Part shown: positions 14,080 through 27,079 of the stretch, one piece after another
Numbering within the stretch: position 1 is the stretch's first letter
Layout: every line of letters starts with the position of its first letter
DNA from: Vicugna vicugna
Lineage: Eukaryota
Assembly (NCBI GenBank): GCA_013265495.1
Contig: MU058781.1
Span: 10,397,009-10,461,008, forward strand
Reading direction: 5' to 3'
DNA length: 64,000 bases
Made by a program: the position numbers and the translations under genes
Notes under the pieces: generated by a model
The model's database searches: none
What the model saw: only the letters and a program-made list of their open reading frames with translations
Told to the model about the DNA's origin: nothing

Positions 14080-14412
14080 ATGAAGAACTTATTTACAAAA
14101 CCAGGAACAGACTTACAGACATAGAAAACAAACTTATGGTTACTAAGAGGGGAAGGGGATGGGAAGGGATTAATTGAGAGTTTCAGATTTGCAGATATTA
14201 ACTAATATGTATAAAACAGGTAAACAACAAATCCCTACTATATAGCACAGGGAACTGTATTCAATATCTTGTAATAACTTTGGTGAAAAACAATATGAAA
14301 ATGAATGTATGTCCATGTATGACTGAAGCACTATTCTGCACACTAGAAATTGGCACAACATTGTAAACTGACCATACTTCAATAAATATACACACAAAAG
14401 AAAATAAATGAA
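14080..14412 (+). mobile_element. Artiodactyl-type L1 3' UTR, relatively young
   Basis: gaacttatttacaaaacc..acagacttacagacatagaaaacaaacttatggttac...ctactatatagcacagggaact...cacaacattgtaaactgaccatacttcaataaa; G-rich tract at 14149-14168. Confidence 0.9.
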
Positions 14413-17279
14413 AATCTGATACACAACCATCACCAAAATGGAGAAAGGATAGTGCTGATGATCACAGAACTTTATTGGCTAGATTAAAATAGATGGAAAG
14501 ACAGCTAGCATATAATCTCGAGATTTAGTGTGATAAGGAGAAAAATTAAATAGCAGGTAGATTTCCAGCCGTATGATATTCAAAAGACATCACTGTGGTA
14601 GAGATTGATAACGAGAGCTAAAAACCTTAATAAAATTCAGCCACAGTTTGGTTTAGACTGTTTCATGCCTTAGAACGCAGAAGTTTCACAGCATTTTTCA
14701 TAGACATGAAGTGATTGCAACTTTTCACACATATCAGAATAAGGTTAATTCTGAGAGAATCGAAGAGGGACAGAATGCAGACTTGCTACTCAATCAGAAT
14801 TTTTCTAAAAATGTAACTTGTTTTGTAGCTTGTTTTTTTTTTAAAAAACTTTGTTCCATTTCTTCATTAAGCAAGGTTTGAAAAACTGTATGTACTGAAT
14901 GTTAAGCATCAGATTTCTGACAGTTTATTTTTTATGATCTAGGAATGGAGATGAGAAAAATATTACAGTTAAAAGGGTAAAGAATTCAGTTTTTACCTCT
15001 CTAGACTGAGAATTCTTTGAAGTTTATTCCTAAATTAAAAGTTTATTAATGAACAAATCGGCAAATTTTGACTGAGTTTCTCTCACTATTTTGCCTTCTT
15101 AAGTAGTAACTGTTATTAATACATCCTCCAAAATGGGCATAAAAAATGAGAGAAAAACTCAACTTGGCAAGAAAAAATAATTAAGGGAGGAAAAAAATCA
15201 CTCCTAAGTGTAAAACCTGATAAACTGTGAAAAGATTACTAGTAATCAAAGTGTCTGACTTTCTCTTTATGCAAATACTATTGAAAATCATGCATATGCA
15301 AATAAAGATGCTTCCTTATGACAGAGATTAAAGACATACAGAACAGTGATTAGTATTCCTTGGACACACTCAAATACAGCAAGATTGATACGCAAGCAAA
15401 ATGAATTACAATCAGGAATAACACTCTATTATTATCAAATCACTCAAAACTAGCACCGAGTAGGTAATATAACATTCAGGGAAATGTGGGAATCTGGCAA
15501 GGCATGAGCAAGAGACAGAAAAATTTCTCTTCTAGGAATATGATTTTATATCACTCATGAATTTAAAATCTATATGCTACAAACAAAATAAAATAGAATA
15601 GAAAGTATATAGTGGTATGATGATTCATGGAACAAAAACAGTCCTGCATACATTTGCAGACCTTGGACAGGACTGATCCTGTATTAGATCCTAAAGATCA
15701 ATGCTAAACCATTCATAAAAATTTTCATTGCAGAAGAAAACTGTAAATGAATCCATTATTTCAGGGGGAAAAAAGGCACTAAATCCAAATTAGATATTCA
15801 ATTTGGAAGCTGTTTAGGGGAATCAACTCTTTCATTAGGTCAGTGATGTTTTAAAAAATGTTATGCACGTCTGTTAAGAAGGAGCATTTACCTAAAAGCT
15901 TTCAGAGTCACAATTATATCACATGCCATGGTTAACATTAAATATAGTTTTGTTCTATTTCCTTTTGAAGATGAAACCACAATAGCAACTAAGGTAATAA
16001 TAATCTACAACTATGGATTAATGAAGTATCTTATTCCTAGATGGTTAATTTACAATTTAGCTTAAAAAGAATAAACATGGTATTCTGAAATTATTTCCTT
16101 TCAAAAGGCGTAATGTGAAAAATAGATGGGTTTAATTCAAATCTATTGCCAAATAATTTAAAATCTCCAAGATTCCCCATAACTTAATCTAAATAGTGCT
16201 TGAGTTATGGCACCTACTTTCAAGAAGTTGACAGATCTATGTTACCCAAACAAATCTCTAGTTCACCTCTGACTTGGGATTTGGAAATGTTGGATGTATA
16301 ACATGCAAAGTGGGGAGTGCAGTCAGAATTATACCCTTCATCTTTGACCCTCCTTCTAGAGTTGTCAAAAATAAAAAACCAACCAAACAAATCTAATACA
16401 TGAGCTTAGGAGCAAGGTGATAAAGACAGACATAAGTGAGACTATAAAGGTTTAACAGAGTAACACAGTTAAGCATCTTAAATCAAAAGAGTATTGCTGA
16501 GCATAGAGGTTTTAAATTCTATATTGTCTCTCAAATAATTTCCCTTTAGGAACTGCACAGGCTGGTGAATAAGATTTTGCCACTTGTATCTTGATATCTA
16601 TTCAAAAAGTCAATATATTTCCTTTCCAGATACTAGAAATAGTATTTAACTTCCTACTTGGATGATGATGATGATGATATTAACAACACCAATAACATAG
16701 TTGTGTATATAGTTATATAATCTCCATGAATTACCTTATTTGATCACAACACTGAAGGGACAAGGGTAGATTTTGCCATTAACTTTAGTTATCTAGAGAG
16801 AAAGCTGAGATAAATGCCCAGCACAGCAACATGTCAAGGCCACATGGTTAAGCTAAGAACCTGGGTATTAAAACTCTATTACCAGGACTGTATGGTAGAT
16901 AATATACATCCTCTCTCTCACTGTCCCATGTTAAAATAGACAGCTTCTCAGTCTTAAACTTTGTTTAAAAATAGAGAAACTGATGTTTAGAAGGCACAAT
17001 ATCAACTAATATTTCTTGTATTGTGTTTCAGTTTGAAATCAATATAAAAACCAAAATTTGCTTGCACTTGAAGAAAGATTCTATTTTTATGAGAACAATT
17101 TTCAAATGATTGTTTTTTGTTTGGTTGGTTATTTTTTTCCACATTAATATTGTTTGCATTCCACACAAAAGACAAAAAATAGGAGTCATCTCCCTAGTGT
17201 AGAAATAAAGCTATACACCTTTACTAAAATATAAGGTTTATTTCTTTCTTATCAACAATGGCATTGCTCAGTTAATTTA

Positions 17280-17548
17280 TTTGTATTTTCCCCAGCTTTA
17301 CTGGGGCATAATTAACAAATAAAATTGTATGCATTTAAAGTATACAGTGCGATGATTTGATACATGTACACATTGTAAGATGATTACCACAATCAAGTTA
17401 GTTAAAACAAATTTTAGAAACTAAAAATAGTTACCATTTCTTTTTTGGTGATGAGAACACTGAATATCTACTCTCAGCAAATTTCAAGTATACAGTACAG
17501 TATTATTAACTATAGTCACACTTCTGTACATTAGTTCCAAAACTTGTT
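17280..17548 (-). mobile_element. L1 3' end (L1MA-like)
   Basis: cagctttactggggcataattaacaaataaaattgtat...atctactctcagcaaatttcaagtatacagtacagtattattaactatagtcac. Confidence 0.85.
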
Positions 17549-17649
17549 CCATCAGTGGACAGAAGGTTCATCCCCAGCCTAAGATTTCTAGCCTGCCCCC
17601 TCTTAAACGACCCTGGGGATTCTGGACTGTCCTAGACAGCCCCACCATT

Positions 17650-17844
17650 GTGGGGGTACACCCTTCTCAGCTGTTTTGAGTGTTGGCTACTAACACTCTC
17701 AGCTGCACTTTCTGAGAATCACCCTCAGCAGTCAGGGGCTACCTATAGCCCCCTAGCAGCTTGACTCATCCATCACCCCACCCACACAAATCCTTGTGAT
17801 TACGCTGGGCCCATCTAGATAATCAAAAATAATCTCCTTATTTT
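17650..17844 (-). mobile_element. Old MaLR/ERVL LTR fragment, interrupted by an L1 insertion
   Basis: ccttgtgattacgctgggcccatctagataatcaaaaataatctccttatttt matches the MLT1-type motif. Confidence 0.6.
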
Positions 17845-18028
17845 TTCCCCTGTTCGGGGCCACTGACATTTATTTATTTTGAGGACTGGTTTATGTATTT
17901 ATCTATTTATATTCTTTTTTTTTTTTACAGGTTAGATGACTTTTTTTAAATTAAAGTATAGTTGATTTACAAAGTTTCAGGTGTACAGCAGAGTGATTCA
18001 GTTATACATACATATATATATATTTGTT
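17845..18028 (-). mobile_element. Very short L1 3' end plus extra 3' sequence with several A-tracts
   Basis: L1 terminus tttttttaaattaaagtatagttgatttac...gagtgattcagttatacatac (17941-18028); near-identical flanks TCCTTATTTT (17835-17844) and TCCCTATTTT/AA (18029-18040). Confidence 0.75.
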
Positions 18029-18059
18029 TCCCTATTTTAAGTTGAATCATCTAAATTCT

Positions 18060-18778
18060 GGTTCAAGATAGGGACATAGGAGAATCCTGGACTTACATCC
18101 TCCCACAGACCAACTGAATATATAGCTACATACAGATCAATTTCCTCTGAAAGAAATTCAGAAACTGGCTGAGTGACTCCAGATAAGATGAATGAGGGAA
18201 AAAATAATCCACATCAAAACATGGTTCAGGGCAGAGAGCAGACAGAAGCAGCTATCTCCAAGTCTGTCCCTGAAAGAGGTTGACTTTGCGTACTTTAAAA
18301 ATGCTGCCTGCATGTCCAACTTCTAATCAGTCTGCATCAAGGTGCTGAGATCTCCTCTCTGGGTCACTGAAAGGTCACGGCACACCCTCATAAACTTGGA
18401 GACACCAAGAACAAAGAAGGAGGCTTAGATAATCAAAGCTTTGAGAGATGACCAAGAGGTTGGGATGGGCTCAGTGTTAGGGTTTATCTTCTATATGAGA
18501 CTTGAGAGTGCTGTCAAGACTGTCAGGTATGGCTGTTTTATTTCATGTGCAGAAACCCACACAGAGAGTAAAGGAAAATGAAGACACAGTAGTAGATGTT
18601 ACAAACAAAAGAGCAAGTTAAAAGTCCAGAAATAGATCTTAATGAAAAGGAGATACGTGATTCAAAGCAATGATTACAAAAATGCTCACCAAGGTCAGGA
18701 GAACAACGTGTGAACAAAGCTAGCGTTTCAACAAAGAGAAATTATTAAAAGTACCAAACAGAAATCACTGAATTGGGA
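18060..18778 (+). mobile_element. L1 5' UTR to ORF1-start fragment
   Basis: ttcaagata...acatcctcccac...aatttcctctgaaagaaattcagaaactggctgag; later ORF1-like aaaatgctcaccaaggtcaggagaaca...aaagtaccaaacagaaatcac. Confidence 0.7.
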
Positions 18779-18827
18779 AGTGCCAAACCTAAACGCTTTG
18801 ATATTAAGTTGAACAAGGAAAGACTGC

Positions 18828-19127
18828 TGTGGAAAAATAACTAAAAGATATGGGGAAACCAATGGAAGATAAAGTTACTTTAACAAGGTCTGTTTGTACA
18901 GATTTCTCTCGGCCTCAACTCCCACCTCTGGTATTAAGAATATCTCTTTCCTCCTGGTACAGGGAGGATACCTTTCACATGTGGGTTTTATCTCCTGCTT
19001 TCAGGAAGACAAAGGGGGAGGTCAGAACACTCTTCTTGTATTTGCCATTTTTCAAGTGACTTTGGCTCAAAATAATCCTTATGCCAAAGTAGCATATTTG
19101 GGGATGCTACATCCTGCCACCCTTTCA
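18828..19127 (-). mobile_element. ERV1-type LTR remnant (MER41-like)
   Basis: TG...CA termini; gtttgtacagatttctctcggcctc...ctcaaaataatccttatgccaaagtagcatatttgggg...ccctttca. Confidence 0.7.
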
Positions 19128-22100
19128 CACAGCACACAATGAAAACTTATCAGTTTATCAATTTGTGGATAAACTTGAATAGTAATAGAAGATGTAAAGA
19201 CTGTATTTATTACTTAACTGTATATAACCTGTATTTTAATAGTCTGATTCTTCTGTCATAGTGAATCATTCACACAGAAGGAAAGGGGAGAAAGTAACAG
19301 AAAAAGCCTGATGTAGAGATTGTAACCACGGGCAGAGATGTGTTACAAACTCAGGACAGTGTAATTTTTCTAAAAGAAAATATGGGGGAAAGAAAAGGTA
19401 TATGTATGAGTGTGAGTAATTTGAGCCTGTGTAACTCCTTGGAAGCTGTTCTGTGGATCTGAGTACTTGAACTTATGATTTCAGAATCAGCTACATGAAT
19501 GAGCAGTGGATAAAATAGAAGCCCAGAAATGTAGTCACGTTGGAACTTTAGCTTTGTCTGAAAATGGGTTCCTTAGTTTTATTGTTTCTTGTTAGATCAT
19601 CTCATTGGTTAACTAATTTTTGTGTTAGGTCTCTATGTTTACTAGAAAATTATTGATTTACTTTTTGTACTTTACTAAAACATGTTCAACTTTTGATCTT
19701 TTGATGAAACAGCAAATGGGTAGCTTGTTGTTTGCTGTTTTGTAGTGTTCTAAGTCCAAAGTTTTTCAACTCTTAGGAAATTTAAACATATTCTATGATA
19801 TATATGAAAAATCACCATTGATTGTACAGCAGCAGCAACTTAGGAAGCAAGGGGAAAGTAAAAGAAAGAACTAGACAATCTCCTTGGGCTATGTCTGCAA
19901 ACCCTGTATTGGTAAGTAAAACATCCCAAGGGAGAAAGATCATAACGCAGATGGAAGACAATGACAGGCATTACATGTCTCGTGTTAGACCCTAAATATG
20001 GGTGCATTATAGCACATTATAAAATCTGATCTCAAAAACAACAACAACAAAAAACGTAACCCATTAAAAAAATTAACCATTCCCATTACTATTCAAAGGA
20101 TTGGTGTGTTAAAAGATCCGTAAAAACTTGAAGGAGTTTTATGAATCCTATAGTAATAAATATAACTGAATTAAGGGCTAGCAATGATATTTCAGCAACA
20201 GGGGAATTACTCTTGTGATTACCAGGTATATCACTTTTACAAGTGTATTTTTATTTAGTTGTATTTTCTGGCCTTATCTTTAAAATTTATTGGAATAGAT
20301 TATTACTTTTAACAGCTCTGCAAAGAGAGAAATCAAGTAGAGCTTTATGATTTGCAAAGCATTTTGCTCAAGCAGCTTTATATCTGTAAGAAAGTGAAAT
20401 TTCTGAGATCCAATGATGAAAATGGGCTTGCTGACACTCTTGAATTAATGTAAGGAAAATCTATATACACTCAAAATAATTTGAATAATCATTAACTCTA
20501 CTTTTTCTCAGACTTTAAAATGGAAATGATGACACTCTCTATCTCCTCTTCTTAGGATATGGTGAAGATTAATTCAATCTTTAAAATAAAAATTTACCAA
20601 ATGTTTTAGGAGTTGGGGTATCAGAAATATGGACAATGTTTTTAGGTAAAATATATTATTCACTGGGATGCAGTAGGATTTTATTCTATAAATTACTTTA
20701 CTGCTGTAGGTAGCAATATTCTGCTTATAAACTTTAGCTTTTAGGATGTTAAATTCCCCCTTGTTTAATGAATTCTCTTTAATTTCAAAAAAATTCTGGA
20801 AAGTTCACCTTCATTTAATTGATTGATTGATTGATAGAACCTTAGAAGATCCTCATTTCTGTGTGCAAATTTATAGCCTGAATTGCAGCGTTGGCCTTCC
20901 ACCCGTATTTACAGAAATTTGATTTCTGAGATGGACTGGTTCAAGGTAACTTTGTGTACTCAGCTAAGGGAATTTAAAAAAAATGTCTTAGCTACATTAT
21001 TTTCCATTATGTAGCCTTATCAAGTAGCAAGCAAATATCCCTGAGCCATTAAAATCACAACTGGTTTCTATTAAATTCTAGTAAATTACATCTTATTTAT
21101 TGGGATTAGTATTGATTGTGTCTCTCAAAGGAGCTTTTATATAAACTCATGACCTGCTGCTGAGGGAGCGAAAGCAACGACCACATAGCTAATGCCTAGA
21201 GGCCCCTGACTTTGAAGGTGTGGTAATACAGTTAACTGTAAACTCAGCCTATACATTTTCTAAATATTCACATTTAGAGTCAAGATCATAAAATAAATCA
21301 TTTCAGTCAATGTGTTACTAAATGACAGAGAAAATGAGAGACTAAAGAATGGTAAGCAATAAACATAAAAATATTTTAAAACCCTCGAATAAAAATAAAA
21401 GCTGATTTGAATGTTGAAGATGATATAAAGCAGCAAGAGGTAAAAGAGGTAAATGTTTTTTTTTTAATGTACTACAAAGAAAAGAACTATTCAGGCATAG
21501 ACTAAAAAAATTAGTTAAAAATTCTCAGAAGACCAAATTTTAAAAAAAGAAGGGGATAAAAGGGGCAGAAAGAACTATCCAGGATTAAAAGAAGATGAAA
21601 AGAAAAACAAAGTACAGGAGAGTTTGAAAAATAAATAAGATTTAGAATGTTGCAGCCTGCAAATGAGAAATTGATAAGGAGAAAGAATTCAATAAAAAAA
21701 AGTAGAAGTAATTGAGGCAGAAAAAAATCCTACTTTAAAAAAGACACGCTATTAGCAATAAATACATTTAGCTTGAGTTACAGTAACTAAAAGACTAGTG
21801 GTGAAGATTTTGACCTCTCATGGTTTTGTGTTGTGAGTTGAACAGGAAACTGGGTTCATTTGAATGATCTATGTGAGTGAACATTTAGATTCTTAATTTA
21901 TTATTCTTTAATGAAGACTAGGTCACAGATCCATAACAAGTCAATAACCCAATCCTAACTCTTATTTTAATTTACCCACTGTCAATGCAACTTAATTGAT
22001 CTACTCATTAGCCAGAGCTCCTGGATAGCTACTGGAAAGAAAACATGTAAATACTTTTCTCTCATAATTTTTTGAGGCCAGAGAAAATAGCAGAAGTGCT

Positions 22101-22635
22101 ACTGATGCTTCTTAGAAGTGACCCATACATTTGATTATTCATGAATTTTTCAGTGTTTATTACTTTCCCAAAATTTGAGGGGGTAGCTTAGTATGAAAGC
22201 TGCAAATACAGAGTAAACACGGATTTAAAAAAATAATGCAAAACACAATAAATAAAATATCTTTCCTAAATCATGAAGCTACATATAGCTTTAAGCACAC
22301 AATTTATCTTTGTGAATTTATGACACTGAAGTTTGAAAACCACCGGTCTCTGTGCTGAAGCCTTTCCCATTAGGCAAGGCTTTCCCAGTGTCATCTTCAT
22401 TGATACCTCTGTATCCTCGGGGATGTCTTCCTCTGTAACCACATCGTTATCTAGACCCAAAGTACCAGCCCCTCTAGCCTCTTACCTTGTACTTCCTTGT
22501 CAGTCCTGCCTTTGGCCAGTCTGACTCCTCTGCATGAAGGCAGTACCCTTTTTAATTTTAATCATCTAAGGAATTTCTGTCTTACAGAATCCTGAGCTAA
22601 AGGTCTTCCCTTTTTGATATTTTCCCTAATCATTC

Positions 22636-22685
22636 CAGATAGAATTAGTAATGGTTTTTACAGAGAGAATTAGTAATGGTTTTTT
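22636..22685. repeat. Tandem duplication, 2 x 25 bp
   Basis: cagatagaattagtaatggttttta followed by cagagagaattagtaatggtttttt. Confidence 0.9.
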
Positions 22686-23518
22686 TATATCTGTACCTCC
22701 ACAGCCCATTATGTATGTACACATCTGTCAGAGTTCTTGGAGCTTGTTGCACATTACTAGATTCTTGGTTGCTAATTTCCTCCACCAAATTGTGTGTATC
22801 TTAATGACAGAGACTTTAATTATCAACAAATATTTGAAATGAATTGGTAAGAATGTATAAAAAAGTGTCAGAGTTGATAACCAAAACCCAAGTTTCACCA
22901 TAACCACTCATTTTAGTTTTGCACAGGCTCCCTTAATGTAAATTTGTATTAACATGTAATGAATGACTAAATAAACATCTAAATAATTTTTAGTGCTATT
23001 ATCACCATTGGTTTACTTGCAAACATGGAAATCTTTTATTCTAAATCAGAGATGTCTAAGAGAAGATGTAAATAAATAAATGAAGCAAGTAGAAATCAAT
23101 ACAATACAATAGAAGGACGGCAGATACTGGGAAAAAAAGTCAAAAGACATGAACATATCCTATTGGACTTATATCCTGTAGAACATCAGTTAAATTAATC
23201 AAACAAACAACAAGTAGAGTGAAAAAGCATGTCCTGACGAATGTGAAGAGCTCCCTAGGATGAAAGCCCGTGATTTTTGCTTTAAAAAATTGTGACTATT
23301 TCCCTCCCAATATACAGCAGTTACAGTCTCTAAGTCTTTTGTTCTGATGATGAGAGTTATACTTTAACTTAGTTGGGGTCCAGGCAAAGGTTTAGCAATG
23401 GAGACATTTTAATGTACCAAGCATTTGGTGGGACATTTCACCAAAGTTGTATTTCAGATCAATAAATATAAACTGGAGTCTGAGGATCAGTTTTAAGGTT
23501 CCTATGACCTACTAGCTT

Positions 23519-23599
23519 TTGTATAAAATCTGAACATCTAACTAGTTGTATTCAATCTAAACAAATAAGTAGTTGTATAAAATCTGAACATCTAGCTTT
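23519..23599. repeat. Tandem repeat, 3 x 27 bp
   Basis: ttgtataaaatctgaacatctaactag / ttgtattcaatctaaacaaataagtag / ttgtataaaatctgaacatctagcttt. Confidence 0.85.
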
Positions 23600-25889
23600 C
23601 CAGTCTGCAACAAGATTATATGATTTACACCCCTTGATTTCCTTTTTCTCCTTATTTCCCATTCCAGATTTCTGACTGCGGCCCTGTATTTGAATCTTAT
23701 TAATTCCCTTCTTCTTTGTTATCCCTAATTATAGAGCTGTCAATCTCAAAACCCACAAAAGAGGGAAATTTGAAAACATTCTGGATTTGTATTATACTAT
23801 TGAATGCATTGTGAGTTTTTTCATATAGCAGGAGGGAGACAGCTTTAAATGAACTTTTCACAGGGGAAAAAAATAGGTGAGTGTTTAACAGGGGAAAAAA
23901 AAGGAACTGACAGATATATAATTATTTTAGCATCTCCACTTTGTTTCTTTCTTCCCCTTTGTCAGCTGCATTCTCTCTTGACTCACCAACCTACCCGCTA
24001 AAAGTTATTTTGTTCAGTGCTCTTTCATCACATGTACAAAGCAGACTGAACGGGAATCTGCTTGGGTTTTCTTCTTCAGGTAAAGCATGCAGAGTTGGGC
24101 TCCAGGAGCTCAGGGACTGAAATCTTCGGAATCCTGAGGGGATTTGGCCCACCGCAAGAGCAACAGACTTTAAAGACGTATGTATACAGAAAAACTGCCC
24201 CAATTTCCAACACAAAAACTATTCATGTCAATATAATCCAGAAGGATTGATTTAAAAAATCAACTGAATACTTCTAATTAGAAAGGAGCCCTATCAATGG
24301 ATGTAAACTGAACATCAGAAATGCCTTTCACTAGGTGTACGTATCACATCCTTTCAATCCCGCTGGCACCAATAATAATCATGATTCAGTTATAGGAAAC
24401 AAAAAGAAGAGGTGATTTGCAACAAAATGTTTTACAAAATAAAAGGCAAAAGTCAGAAAAAGTCAGCCAGGGAATTACTCTAATTTTATGAATTGTAACC
24501 TCTCATCTCTATGTATGGTGGCTATTTCCATGATTTGAATCTATAGATACCATTAAAATCCAACAGGTCTTATAAATATATACACATCTCTAACATTTAG
24601 AAGGCTGCCATTTGTTTTGGGGTGATGTCCCAATATATGTTTTGATATCTCACTGTCAAAAACATATTCACTCTTCACTCAAAATTTCTAAAACAGAAAG
24701 ACCAAAGCAAAACAAAAACTTGATTTATATTAAACTATTTATTTTTTTTTTGAAATTGATTATAAACTTAATGTAAATAAAAGCATATAAAATCAATTCT
24801 AAATAATGCTAAATTACGACTTACGTAGAACTGAATTACCTTATCATAGGTATTAGAAACCACATTTTGGATCTACTGCAGACAAAAAGGAAGGAGTGAT
24901 GGACTAGAGAACTGCTATAGGAATATGACCATCTTTATTTGAAGGATTTTACCCGGCATTATCCTTTGACATTTCACATGCATCCTATGAATGTGTACTG
25001 ATACAAGTTCAGGTGAGATTACTTTTACAAAATCCTGTCTGGTGGACTGCTGAATGGGTTTCAGTTATATATCGGCTGAAGGTGGACAAGTGTTTCCTTA
25101 TTAGTAGGATGTCTAAAATAGTGTATCATGACACATTATTTAATTCATTATAATGACTGCAACTGAAATTTTTGCCTAAAATCAGAAGGAGATGAACTAA
25201 TTCTCTTAGCATAAAAACTATAATAGTATCAGCTATTCTGAGTGCAGATAGACTCAATCCTCTGGAAGCCAGGATTTGGCTTAATTAAGGAAAATACTCC
25301 CCTTTCCTTCACAAGATCATTTATTTTATCTCTCACCACTTTTAAAGGTTACTGAGTTCCCTTCTCTTATTATACTCTAATTATTTTTAAAGTATGCAAA
25401 GTAGAGTTTAAAGTTAGACAGTTTGATTCTTGCAGCTCTAATACCATCTCACATTTCTTTTATGACCTGAAAAGTAACATCAATACGTGAAAGGTATTTT
25501 TTTATTTCAAATAGAACTTAAATGAATGTCAAGTTTTATCTAAGGGAAAAATACTATTTTCACTTCATATAAATCTCTTTCTCTCCCCAAAATGCAAATT
25601 AGTTTAATATTTGGTAGCAACTAACAATGATAATAAATGAATCATGACTGTTCGTCTAGTGATAATGAGGAAGCACATTCTTTTTTCTATGACAAATAGC
25701 TCAATCAATCACATTATCAACAAATAAATGTGATTAATAAAACTGTTTATCTCTTCCAGCTTCAAAATTCCAAATCTTATTATACTATGGGCAAGATTCA
25801 ACCATGCTTTGATGGTTTGAAAGTTCTTTTTATAAGGCACAAAGAGAAAAAAATTTCACTTTAAAGATATATGTGGTACTTACAGTTGG

Positions 25890-26352
25890 GGTAGGTTAAA
25901 TAACTATTCAAAATTATCCATGCCCACCCTCCCCTTCACTTTAATGAAGGGATATATTTCCCTGCTCCTTGCCTTTGGTTTCAGCCATATTCGCTGCTTT
26001 GGCTAATGGAATATAAGAGTCATAACACAAGCAAGGACTTCACAGGTTTACTGTTTGGTTGTACTTGCCCTCTTTTGCCTCTTCAAATCACTCTCTGAAG
26101 AACAGACTCCAGCTTGCCTACCTTCCAAAGGAAGATGAATAACAAATTGCCAATTTAGAGGCCTACAGCTTGAAGCAGGGCTGCCCGGAGGCACCCACCT
26201 GGGCCAGGGAGCTACTAGCCACTGCCTAGACAAGTGAGGGACCCCAGCGGAGACTAACAGTGCTCCTTCAGAGAGTCCACAGATGCATGAGAAATAAGAG
26301 CTTATTGCATGCCATCTTTTACTGTACGTTACACAGAAACACTGACTGAGAT
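25890..26352 (+). mobile_element. Old MaLR LTR (MLT1I/J-like)
   Basis: tatatttccctgctccttgcctttggtttcagccat...gctttggctaatggaatataag...catgagaaataagagcttattg...ttacacag...actgactgagata. Confidence 0.75.
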
Positions 26353-26354
26353 AA

Positions 26355-26600
26355 GAGCTAACATTTATTGATAGCTTACTATGTGCCAGATACCAGTCAC
26401 GAACTTCACATTTAACAGTGTCTTTAATCTCCACTGTAATTCTGTGATTGTTGCAATCAGTATTCCCATTTTACTGCAAAGGAGACTAAGGAACAGAGGT
26501 AAGAATTTGTTCAGTATGGCACAGCTAGTGAGTAGTAGCACTGAGGTTCCCATTCTTGCTGTACAGTTCCAGAGCCACTCAAGTTCCTGACTGTTACTAA
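26355..26600 (-). mobile_element. MIR SINE, near full length
   Basis: gctaacatttattgatagcttactatgtgccag...tattcccattttactgcaaaggagactaaggaacagagg...cacagctagtgagtagtag. Confidence 0.88.
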
Positions 26601-27079
26601 ATATGACTTAAGCTAGTATGCAATATGGGTAGGCATAAAAAAAAACTTACAGACATTATGAAAATAGAGAAATCATTTTTACCTGGGATGGAAAGGGACC
26701 TACAGTAGGTGAGAGTGAAAGAAAGGTGCTTCTTTAACAACTAGCTCTAAGGGAGGCAGCTGCACACCTAAGCAACCAGCCACAATCATAGACAATAAGC
26801 TTATTGATTAAAATGTTCAAAAAGGTGGGGACTGAAAGCAAGGGAAGGTAGGGAGAAGGATAATTCCAGCCTTTTTACACTACTACTTCCTAGATCTCTC
26901 CCGAGGAAGAAGCTGCCCAATCCGTTAGTCAGAAAACAAGGCAACTGATTAGGACACTGCTCTTGACACGCTGGTTTACGCTTTTTGAAAGGCATGACCT
27001 CAGATCCACCATCCTCCTTTTTTCTCTTTTCTTCTACTCCGTATGGGTGAAGGGTAAGCAGACTTGAGAACATTTAGAG

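Noticed and set aside
17747..17762. CTCF-like motif (reverse GCTGCTAGGGGGCTA)
   Set aside because: Several mismatches to consensus, inside an old LTR, no other support
17941..18778. Opposite-strand L1 pieces as a twin-priming inversion
   Set aside because: The plus piece is 5' UTR/ORF1, not contiguous with the 3' end, and a TSD closes the minus insertion at ~18038
22636..23599. 25-27 bp direct repeats as a possible CRISPR-like array
   Set aside because: Only 2-3 head-to-tail copies, no unique spacers, mammalian context
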